DNA from: a virus
Length of the DNA: 64,000 nt
IMG/VR virus record: IMGVR_UViG_3300045988_154248
Reading direction: 5' to 3' (one strand)
The notes under the pieces are model-generated. The model was not told where the DNA came from and did not search any database. It saw only the letters and a list, made by a program, of their open reading frames with translations. Positions within the stretch are counted from its first letter, which is position 1. Every line of letters begins with the position of its first letter. This document shows positions 1 through 7,877 of the stretch, one piece after another. Position numbers and translations under genes: made by a program.

Positions 1-485
1 CTGTCGGAATCCAAAAACTTACAATTTATCAAGATTTTTGGGATGAACATAGAGATTATATTGAACGTGACGAAAATGGCAAGATTATTGGTATGTATGC
101 TGATTATTATGATTCGTCTGTTATCCCAGTCGAACCATCAACACCTGGAGAAATTGCCGGTATAAATAAAAAAATTATAGCATCTTCTACCAATGTAAAA
201 GTTGGTGGCAGTTATAAATTGTTTACTATAAAAATACTAGACGAGGATCACAATGACATATCTGATCAATATAAAGGCGGAGAATTTACTTGGAAATGCT
301 CCGTAGAAAATAATGAATTATCTGATTATGTATCGTGGTCAAAATCTGGTTGTAAATATAATCAAATTAAAATGAAATTTATCAACGATCGAAATTATTT
401 AGGGAAATTATTATTAATATCATGTGATGTTTCTTTAAATAATAACATTATTCGAGTAGCTGAAAATTTTGAAATTACTGTATAG
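1..485 (+). CDS. virion-module protein, C-terminal part (gene begins upstream of the window)
   Basis: The frame of ORF 93..485 stays open back to nt 3 (VGIQKLTIYQDFWDEH...), so the listed Met is probably internal. No motif recognised. Co-oriented and packed with downstream structural genes. Confidence 0.45.
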   Translation, partial: VGIQKLTIYQDFWDEHRDYIERDENGKIIGMYADYYDSSVIPVEPSTPGEIAGINKKIIASSTNVKVGGSYKLFTIKILDEDHNDISDQYKGGEFTWKCSVENNELSDYVSWSKSGCKYNQIKMKFINDRNYLGKLLLISCDVSLNNNIIRVAENFEITV

Positions 486-496
486 GGGGTATCTGA

Positions 497-1138
497 ATGA
501 ATAAAATAAATGAATACTCCTTTCATACAAAAGATGATATGCTTAATAAATTACGCGCATATACACATAATCCAGATGATGATAATATTCGTATCAAAAA
601 TCAAGTATATCAAATATTATTACACTGTCCAGAATTACTGTATGCAATTCATGATGCAGAGTTGGAATCCGAATTATTTGACGATGATGGAAATTTAAAC
701 GTTGATGCAGATGGAGAACCATTGGGTGAGTGGGATCGTTATTTTGGTGAAAATGCCCATATCCGTCCATACATATTTTTCCCAGAAACAGAAACAGATT
801 CTAGGAATTATGTATGTTATCAAACAAGTTTTAGTGACTTAGCAAGATATAATAATTCTGTAAAAACACTTCTTCTTACTTTTACAATATTTATCCATGA
901 AAAAGATGTTATAGATGATCTTACTGGTTTACCAAGACATGATCTAATTGCTGCAATATTGCGAGATAGATTTGCATGGATTGGAACTGAGGTTGAAAAT
1001 CCGATTCCATCTTTGGATAAAGAATCAACGATGGATAATAATTATCTTGTGCGTACTTTGCAATATCAAATTATTACACCAAACAATATTACAAAAACAG
1101 AGAATGGTAAATCCTTCTATAGTAATAAAAGGTGGTAA
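497..1138 (+). CDS. hypothetical virion-module protein
   Basis: 213-aa ORF starting 12 nt after the previous stop, with GGGGG SD-like purines upstream. No motif recognised. Confidence 0.5.
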   Translation: MNKINEYSFHTKDDMLNKLRAYTHNPDDDNIRIKNQVYQILLHCPELLYAIHDAELESELFDDDGNLNVDADGEPLGEWDRYFGENAHIRPYIFFPETETDSRNYVCYQTSFSDLARYNNSVKTLLLTFTIFIHEKDVIDDLTGLPRHDLIAAILRDRFAWIGTEVENPIPSLDKESTMDNNYLVRTLQYQIITPNNITKTENGKSFYSNKRW

Positions 1139-1141
1139 ATT

Positions 1142-1975
1142 ATGGGGTTTGCGAATAATGATCTTGTACAAAGTGCAATTGAAGCACAGATAGCAAATGA
1201 AGAAAATAAAGAAGAAGAATATTTAGATTTTAATCCTCTTCAACTATATTTTGGAGATGATTATGTAGTGAATGATAAAATCACAATTCATCAGCCATCA
1301 ATTCAAGACTATATAACATACGGAGAAGAAAATATACAATCTGTTATTTATCCATTTATTTCAAATACAACAAAATGTCGTTTACAACTTTGGAACAATG
1401 GAATTGACTGGAATGATATCACAAATCAGCAATTGTTTTCCATTTTAATCAAAAGTATTGATTTGGAATATTCAAAACTGATGTTTGGTGACATTGATTT
1501 TCATGGTTTTTCTTTCTTTACCGAGGAAAAAGATGGAAAAGAAAGTGTTATTTTATATAATCCTATTCAAGACATAAAGATTGACGAACCAACACGAATT
1601 AAAATGTGTAAATATATTCAATATATGTTTCATACATTTCCGCCAGAAGAGGAATTTACTTCTAGTAAGACTCTCAAAAGAGATCTCATTAATAGAGACA
1701 AACAGAATTTGCTGGCGATGAAAAGAGACAGTTCTTTAAAACCACCAAGTCTATTATCCATGATTTCTTTCTATCTGAATCACCCTGGATCGAAATATAA
1801 AAAGAATGAACTACGCAATGTTGGAATTGTGGAATTCTATGATAGTGTACAAAGACTTCAAATTTATGAATCAACACATGCTGTCATTAATGGCAGTTAT
1901 TCTGGATTTGTTGATACATCAAAAATTCCAAAAAATGAATTTAATTTCATGCGAGATCTTAAAGGATCTGCATGA
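1142..1975 (+). CDS. hypothetical virion-module protein
   Basis: 277-aa ORF starting 4 nt after the previous stop, consistent with translational coupling. No motif recognised. Confidence 0.5.
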   Translation: MGFANNDLVQSAIEAQIANEENKEEEYLDFNPLQLYFGDDYVVNDKITIHQPSIQDYITYGEENIQSVIYPFISNTTKCRLQLWNNGIDWNDITNQQLFSILIKSIDLEYSKLMFGDIDFHGFSFFTEEKDGKESVILYNPIQDIKIDEPTRIKMCKYIQYMFHTFPPEEEFTSSKTLKRDLINRDKQNLLAMKRDSSLKPPSLLSMISFYLNHPGSKYKKNELRNVGIVEFYDSVQRLQIYESTHAVINGSYSGFVDTSKIPKNEFNFMRDLKGSA

Positions 1976-2009
1976 TTTTTTTATACAAAATTTTAAGGAG
2001 GAAAAACAA

Positions 2010-2804
2010 ATGAGTTTTAAATTAGGTGACAAAATCTATAAAGAGATTCTATACTTTTATGCAGAAGATAAAGGTACTGGTATTCCACAATATGTACTCA
2101 CTCAATTAAGTGATGCAAATATTGAAATCACTGCTGAATCTACAGATGTTACCGATAAAAATGGTAATCTTGTAAAGAAGATTTGGAAGTCTAAAGCAGG
2201 TACTTTTTCTGCAACAAATGCTTTTGTTAACACCAATATCATTGCTGCATCTTCTGGATCTCAGCCAATCTTCGCATCCAAAAGTGGTAAAGTTAAAATG
2301 CCAAGACTGATGCATGTTAAAAATGGTGTTAAAACCGTTACGATTACCGGATATGTAGAAGGTTCTGTAAAAGTAGCTCAGTATTTTGGCGATGGTTCTA
2401 TTGGAAAAACATATACTATGGATACGACTGCTGCTGCAGATAAATTTTCTATTGCGAAAGAAGATGCTGTACTAACTCTTCCACTAGATGAAGACGCAGA
2501 AATGTTCTTTATTCGTTATGATCGTGAAGTAGAGACAGGTGCCGTAATCCACAATAGAGCAGATAAATTCCCAACATCTGTATACGCAATTATGAAAGCT
2601 ACATACTACAATCCATGTAAGAAAAATGATCTAAAAGCAGATTATATTGTAATGCCATCATTCCAGGTATCCCCGGAAACCACTGTTCCAGTTAGTGCTG
2701 ACACTGCAACCATGGATTTCAAAGGCGATCTAGAGATCGAATATTGTGGAGATGACAAGATTCTGTATAGCGTTTACGATGCTGATGAGGTCGACGAAGA
2801 CTGA
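2010..2804 (+). CDS. major tail (tube) protein candidate
   Basis: AAGGAGG SD at 1995-2001 followed by ATG 2010; the 1806 start in the ORF track overlaps the previous gene. The call rests on size, acidic C-terminus and position upstream of the tape-measure gene, not on a hard motif. Confidence 0.5.
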   Translation: MSFKLGDKIYKEILYFYAEDKGTGIPQYVLTQLSDANIEITAESTDVTDKNGNLVKKIWKSKAGTFSATNAFVNTNIIAASSGSQPIFASKSGKVKMPRLMHVKNGVKTVTITGYVEGSVKVAQYFGDGSIGKTYTMDTTAAADKFSIAKEDAVLTLPLDEDAEMFFIRYDREVETGAVIHNRADKFPTSVYAIMKATYYNPCKKNDLKADYIVMPSFQVSPETTVPVSADTATMDFKGDLEIEYCGDDKILYSVYDADEVDED

Positions 2805-2827
2805 TTCTAATCAGAAGGGAGAAACAA

Positions 2828-3181
2828 ATGGCAAATAACAGAGTATGCCTTACTTGTGGTAAGGCTTATGAGTATTGCGGATATTGTCCTACGAGCAAGA
2901 ATCTCCCGATGTGGATGAATCTGTTTGATACAGAAAATTGCAAAAATGTTTTTGAAACTGTAAGCGATTACGCTCAAGGTGCAATAAGTAAAGAAATAGC
3001 AGCTACAAATCTATCATTGTGTGATTTATCAAAAGTTTCTACCTACAAGGAAAATATCAAAAAACTTGTATCAGAAATTATTGATAATAAGAATGATAAA
3101 AAAGTTACTGCGACTAAAAAAAGAGAACAAGCTGTAAAGATTGTTCCAAAATCTAAAGTGAATAAAAATAGTGTTGATTGA
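2828..3181 (+). CDS. small Cys-rich (CxxC...CxxC) protein in the tail-chaperone position
   Basis: GGGAGA SD then ATG. The N-terminus CLTCGKAYEYCGYC is zinc-ribbon-like. Lies directly after the tube gene. Confidence 0.4.
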   Translation: MANNRVCLTCGKAYEYCGYCPTSKNLPMWMNLFDTENCKNVFETVSDYAQGAISKEIAATNLSLCDLSKVSTYKENIKKLVSEIIDNKNDKKVTATKKREQAVKIVPKSKVNKNSVD

Positions 3182-3193
3182 TATATGAGAATT

Positions 3194-3236
3194 ATAGGGG
3201 TACGTATATATCAATTATACGCACCCCTATTTTTTA
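3194..3236 (+). terminator. rho-independent terminator
   Basis: ATAGGGGTACGTATA / TATACGCACCCCTAT stem followed by a T-run. Confidence 0.7.
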
Positions 3237-3269
3237 CGCTTATATATCAGGAAGGAATAAAAGGAAAAA

Positions 3270-3455
3270 ATGAAGTTTGACAAAGAATACGCGACTTCTT
3301 TTGTTGACGAGTATAAATATCTAAAAGAATACGGTATTCGTTATGAATTCGTAAAGGTCGATGATACCGGAAAAACTGTTTGGAAATATAAAAAGACACC
3401 GGAATTATTTGAAGCATTGAAAAATTTTTACATCAACAATGAATATTATGATTAG
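3270..3455 (+). CDS. small conserved phage protein, paralog of 11110..11286
   Basis: MKFDKEY...YLKEYGI.YEFVK...KYKKTPELFEALKNFY aligns along its whole length with the intron-1 ORF MKKFDKEY...YLQSKGIEYSFVK...KYTKTPELFLALVSFY. Possibly DUF5659-like, from memory only. Confidence 0.5.
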   Translation: MKFDKEYATSFVDEYKYLKEYGIRYEFVKVDDTGKTVWKYKKTPELFEALKNFYINNEYYD

Positions 3456-3466
3456 CAGGTGTGACT

Positions 3467-4573
3467 ATGAAAATTTATTTAGATAATGCTGCCACTACTC
3501 CATTAAATCAAGAGACAAAAGATTATATTATATCTATTTTAGACGATTATTATAATCCATCCAGTGCTTATCAGGAAGGAAGAAATATTCGAAACAAGAT
3601 TAACGAAGCAAGAAAAAATATTGCTGATTTTATTCATGCAGATGAAAGTAATATTTTGTTTACTTCTGGAGGATCGGCTTCTAATGCGTTAGCAGTCAAA
3701 GGATATAAAGACCAAAATGACTGTGTTATTCTGTACTCTCCTATTGCACATAAATCAATTTTAAATTATGTAAAAACAGTTAGAAATGCTATTCCATTAA
3801 AAGTAGATACGCATGGATTTATTGATCTTATGGATTTGAAAGAATTGTTAGCTATATATAATAAAAGAAGTTTTGTAGTTATTGACTATGCCAATAGCGA
3901 GATAGGAACAATTCAATATGTAAAAAAGATAATTGATTTAGTCCATTTTTATAACGGGACAATTTATGTTGATTGTACTGGATCTATTAGTCAAATTCCA
4001 CTGGATGTCAAGAAATTGGATATTGATATTGCAGGGTTTTCTGCGCATAAATTAGGATCTTTAAAAGGGTGTGGGGTTTTATATAAAAAGGATAATATTC
4101 AATTGTCTCCTATTATATATGGTTCACAAGAACATGGACTTTTTGGTGGAACAGAGAACACACTTGGCATCTTAACTCTAGGATACGTTGTAAAGCATTA
4201 TAATTATGATCACTGTACATCAGAAAAACGAAATTATCTCGTGCAAACACTATCAGGATTAGTTCCAAATTTTTTTGTTGTTGGCTCTTATAATAATAGA
4301 CTACCATATAATTTATTTTTGTGTTTTGAAGGAGTATCTGGCGAAGCATTAATGACCTTACTTCATGAATATGGTGTAATTGTATCTACTGGGTCTGCTT
4401 GTAATTCCGGAAGTTTGAAATCATCTGATACCTTACTTGCCATCGGAATGAAAGAAAAATATATTCATAATGGTATCCGTTTAACTTTGTGCGGATCAGA
4501 AACAAAAGAAGAATTAGATTACATATGTAACCAAATAAAAAATTGTGTCATGACATTGAGGAACTTAACGTAG
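3467..4573 (+). CDS. cysteine desulfurase (NifS/IscS-like class V aminotransferase)
   Basis: N-terminal YLDNAATTP; PLP-lysine context FSAHKLGSLKGCG; catalytic Cys loop STGSACNSG. ATG 3467 follows an AGCAGGTG SD; GTG 3461 is the alternative start. Confidence 0.8.
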   Translation: MKIYLDNAATTPLNQETKDYIISILDDYYNPSSAYQEGRNIRNKINEARKNIADFIHADESNILFTSGGSASNALAVKGYKDQNDCVILYSPIAHKSILNYVKTVRNAIPLKVDTHGFIDLMDLKELLAIYNKRSFVVIDYANSEIGTIQYVKKIIDLVHFYNGTIYVDCTGSISQIPLDVKKLDIDIAGFSAHKLGSLKGCGVLYKKDNIQLSPIIYGSQEHGLFGGTENTLGILTLGYVVKHYNYDHCTSEKRNYLVQTLSGLVPNFFVVGSYNNRLPYNLFLCFEGVSGEALMTLLHEYGVIVSTGSACNSGSLKSSDTLLAIGMKEKYIHNGIRLTLCGSETKEELDYICNQIKNCVMTLRNLT

Positions 4574-4645
4574 GTTGCTCATGGTTATGGGCGTAAAAGT
4601 GTATTATCACTCTCCTATCATATCAAAATTATGGAGGGTAAAACT

Positions 4646-4906
4646 ATGAGAAATATTAATTGGCTCGTTAGAGTAAAAAATAAAATGTTCTGGATTTCAT
4701 TAATTCCAGCGGTAATCGTACTTATTCAAACTATTGCTGCAGTATTTGGTTTCACAATTGACTTGAGCGAGTTTGGAGACAATTTAGTTAACGTTGTTAA
4801 TGCAGTGTTCGTAGTATTGGCAATTTTAGGTATTGTAATTGATCCTACGACAGCAGGTGCTGGTGATTCAGAGAATGCTATGACTTATACAGAGCCAAAG
4901 GCTTAG
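4646..4906 (+). CDS. holin (phi-LC3/Dp-1-like class)
   Basis: INWLVRVKNKMFW, two hydrophobic helices, then DPTTAGAGDSENAMTYTEP, a pattern I recognise from Gram-positive phage holins. GGAGGG SD precedes ATG 4646. Confidence 0.65.
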   Translation: MRNINWLVRVKNKMFWISLIPAVIVLIQTIAAVFGFTIDLSEFGDNLVNVVNAVFVVLAILGIVIDPTTAGAGDSENAMTYTEPKA

Positions 4907-4922
4907 AAAGTGTAGGTGTAAC

Positions 4923-5600
4923 GTGGAACCTATACGTGATTTTTTTGGCATAGACTGGAAGGCGTTCGGAATAACAATCTTTGTAGCGTTGCTAGGATTC
5001 CAGGCAATTATTCAAGTATTACATTGGTTTTTATTTGAATTCTTGGGCATTGAAACAAAAGCAATGCGCGAGAAAAAAGAAGAACATGAATTGCTTATAA
5101 ATACAGCAAAAGAGGTAAAAGAACTTTCAAAACAACGTGAAGAAGATGTTGGACAGTCAATAAAACATGATAAAAAAATACAAGAAAATTTAGATCAATA
5201 TATGGAAGAGATCCGTAAAGCTATCACGGATACACAAAATATTGTGAATACATATTCTGAGAATAGAATCCATGATAGAAAGCAAAGTATACAAATCCAG
5301 CAGGAATTAAAAGATAACATATCTCAAATTGTTAAGTCAGACGAAGAAGAACAAGAGCAAATAAAAAATTTAATTCAGGCCCAAAAAGAATCTTTAGCGA
5401 ATCACATTAATCAAAAATATAAATCCTATCTTTCTAATAATGGAATACCAGAAGATGAGGTTGAAGAATTTATTAGCCTTCATGCGACATATAACGCCAT
5501 AGGCGGAAACCATACGGGAGATGCAAAGTTTAATTATTGTATGGAACATCTTCCTGTTGTACCAGTTGAGGTAAAATTAAGATTTAACGAAAAGAAATAA
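4923..5600 (+). CDS. N-terminally membrane-anchored coiled-coil protein
   Basis: GTG start after a GTGTAGGTG purine run. One TM helix (GITIFVALLGFQAIIQVLHWFLF) followed by a Lys/Glu-rich coiled coil. Confidence 0.45.
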   Translation: MEPIRDFFGIDWKAFGITIFVALLGFQAIIQVLHWFLFEFLGIETKAMREKKEEHELLINTAKEVKELSKQREEDVGQSIKHDKKIQENLDQYMEEIRKAITDTQNIVNTYSENRIHDRKQSIQIQQELKDNISQIVKSDEEEQEQIKNLIQAQKESLANHINQKYKSYLSNNGIPEDEVEEFISLHATYNAIGGNHTGDAKFNYCMEHLPVVPVEVKLRFNEKK

Positions 5601-5632
5601 TTTGAAAGATGAATTTCATCGAAAGTAAAAAG

Positions 5633-5663
5633 TGACCGTGAACTATTAAAATGCTCACGGTCA
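5633..5663 (+). terminator. hairpin, possible terminator
   Basis: TGACCGTGA ... TCACGGTCA 9-bp perfect stem 33 nt after the stop. No clean U-tract. Confidence 0.4.
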
Positions 5664-6051
5664 TTAAAAGAAAGAAGGTCTTATATGTTTCGAAAATTAT
5701 ACAACAAATTTATAAACATGATTGTTGAAAAAATAAAACAATCAATATATAAAGACATGAAAAGTGATTATGATAAGTTGTTAATCAAAGATTAATCACC
5801 GTTTGTTTGAGAGGTGAAACAATATATTTGGATTTATAATATGCTTAAAATTTGGAGAAAAAGCAAAAACATTAGGATTTGGAAAAATCCTTAGATATAC
5901 TAACGCTTGCATCCGTAATATGTAAATTAACAGCGGAGAAGATTTCTATAAAAAAAGAATATGTCATATGAAAAAGCTGTAAATTTTATAACAGATAGTA
6001 TCAATGAAGTAAATCTTAAAATAAAAGAATAATTATAATATTTAAAAGGAA

Positions 6052-6522
6052 GTGATTACAATCGCTAGATCTAAATTTAACGTAGATAAGGACACAAGCA
6101 AACGTACTTATAATAACATAACTTTTGATTCAATTTTAGAAATGAAATATTATCGAGATGTGCTTTGCCCATTAGTGGAGAGTGGCGATGTGGTGGATTA
6201 TGAATTACAGAAGCCATATGAGCTACAACCAAAGTTCAAACACGACGGAAAAACTGTTCAGCCAATAAAATATGTGGCTGATTTTTTTATTGTCTATAAG
6301 GATGGACATGAAGAAGTTATTGACACTAAGGGATGCCCTGACAGTGTTGCACTGATTAAAAGAAAACTATTCTGGTACTGCTATCCAGATGTTAACTATA
6401 AATGGATTTGTTATTCCAAGATCGACGGAGGATGGCAGGAATACGAGATCGTGAAAAAGAATCGGGCAGAAAGGAAACGTAAGAAAAAAGAAACTCAAGA
6501 GGTAAACAATGTACTCCAGTGA
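6052..6522 (+). CDS. DUF1064-like PD-(D/E)xK nuclease (RecU/resolvase-like)
   Basis: FDSILEMKYY...IKYVADFFIVYKDGHEEVIDTKG matches the FDS.E...Y / Y.aDF.v / D.KG pattern of DUF1064 proteins. Basic C-terminal tail. Confidence 0.55.
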   Translation: MITIARSKFNVDKDTSKRTYNNITFDSILEMKYYRDVLCPLVESGDVVDYELQKPYELQPKFKHDGKTVQPIKYVADFFIVYKDGHEEVIDTKGCPDSVALIKRKLFWYCYPDVNYKWICYSKIDGGWQEYEIVKKNRAERKRKKKETQEVNNVLQ

Positions 6523-6694
6523 AATAGATGATATTTTAAAAAAGAGAAATTATTGTTTGCCGTCACACTTGTATTTCAAAATAGTAGATAATTCTTCTCA
6601 AATTTGTCAGGTGAAGTATGATGCTTATTCTGATAAATATAGTATTCATACAGATGACGGATATCATTGGGAAGTTAGAGTTTATCAGGAATAA
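6509..6694 (+). CDS. hypothetical protein
   Basis: 61-aa ORF overlapping the previous stop by 14 nt. Confidence 0.4.
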   Translation: MYSSEIDDILKKRNYCLPSHLYFKIVDNSSQICQVKYDAYSDKYSIHTDDGYHWEVRVYQE

Positions 6695-6708
6695 AAAGGA
6701 GAAAATAA

Positions 6709-7311
6709 ATGATTACAAAATATGTAAAAATTAAACCGGTTATTACACTTGCAGATGAGAAAAAAGCAATTGACTTCATTGTAGATTATATGTTTGAAGG
6801 CGGTGAGTATACACCGTGGAATAAGGAAGCTGCACTTATTACTGCTATTGCTGTTTATTTTATTGACGGTGTTGAATTTGAAAAAGACGATGTAATCTAT
6901 GATTGTGTTATGCAAGATCAAAATCTTCATGCGCATGTAAATAAATTTTTCTATAATGTAGATAAATCAGATAAGAAAAATGATATTAATTTTACGTATA
7001 TCAATACCAAAAACCATGTGATGGAAAGTGTACAAAAGATTGTAGATTTTAAACTACAAAAAATGATTCATTGTACGGATGAAAAACATGAAATGTATAC
7101 GGAAATTGCAGAAATGGCAAATGCTGTAGCAAATATTGGACGAAATGTTCAGATTGCTGCAAAACCTGTTCTTGAAAATCCAGAAAGCATTGGAATGATT
7201 ATGAATATTCTTAAAAAAATGAATGAAAGTAAAATGCTTAACGCAAAAGCAATTCGAGATGTGATGGTTGATACCGTAATGGATGTACAGAAAAGAATGA
7301 CAGGAAAATAA
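6709..7311 (+). CDS. hypothetical protein (possible tail assembly chaperone by position)
   Basis: AAAGGAGA SD then ATG. 200 aa, acidic. Lies upstream of the tape-measure gene. Confidence 0.45.
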   Translation: MITKYVKIKPVITLADEKKAIDFIVDYMFEGGEYTPWNKEAALITAIAVYFIDGVEFEKDDVIYDCVMQDQNLHAHVNKFFYNVDKSDKKNDINFTYINTKNHVMESVQKIVDFKLQKMIHCTDEKHEMYTEIAEMANAVANIGRNVQIAAKPVLENPESIGMIMNILKKMNESKMLNAKAIRDVMVDTVMDVQKRMTGK

Positions 7312-7396
7312 TAAATAAAGCAAGAATACATTAAATCTTCTGGCAGTCAAATGCCAGGAGATTTTTTAATTTATCAATATGGAGGTGGTGGTAAAA

Positions 7397-7864
7397 ATGG
7401 GTAATATAACAAAGGAACTACAAAAGCTACTGAAAGATTACAATAAAAAAGTATTACAATCTGTTCCTACAATGGCACGTCAAATTGCAACTGATACAGA
7501 ACCAGAATATAGAAAAATTATTAATGAATCAATTAATCAATATTATGCAACACACAAAGGAGACTTTAGTGAGGGTAGATTAGAAAACATGACTGGCAAT
7601 ATAAGTGCTGAAGGTTCATCTATAATTTTTGAAGATACAGAAGAAAACGTTCCAAATTATCACGGATTCTGGGGACAAGAACTAACAAACGAAGGTGTGT
7701 TTGATTTGATGTATTTAAAGGGTGAACATGGTAATGGTAAGTGGCATCTTGTAGATACTACTCCTCCACCATTTGATTATGTTGAGCAAGAACTGGTCAA
7801 TGGTAGATTAGATAAAATCATTGATAATTCAGTACATAAAGTGCTTGATAATATAGAATTATAA
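7397..7864 (+). CDS. hypothetical protein
   Basis: GGAGGTGGTGG SD then ATG 7397; the track start 7379 lies inside the SD. Confidence 0.5.
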   Translation: MGNITKELQKLLKDYNKKVLQSVPTMARQIATDTEPEYRKIINESINQYYATHKGDFSEGRLENMTGNISAEGSSIIFEDTEENVPNYHGFWGQELTNEGVFDLMYLKGEHGNGKWHLVDTTPPPFDYVEQELVNGRLDKIIDNSVHKVLDNIEL

Positions 7865-7877
7865 AGGTGGTGAAAAA

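Noticed and set aside
1806-2009. Upstream start (1806) for the tube-protein ORF
   Set aside because: It overlaps the preceding gene by 170 nt. A perfect AAGGAGG SD precedes the ATG at 2010.
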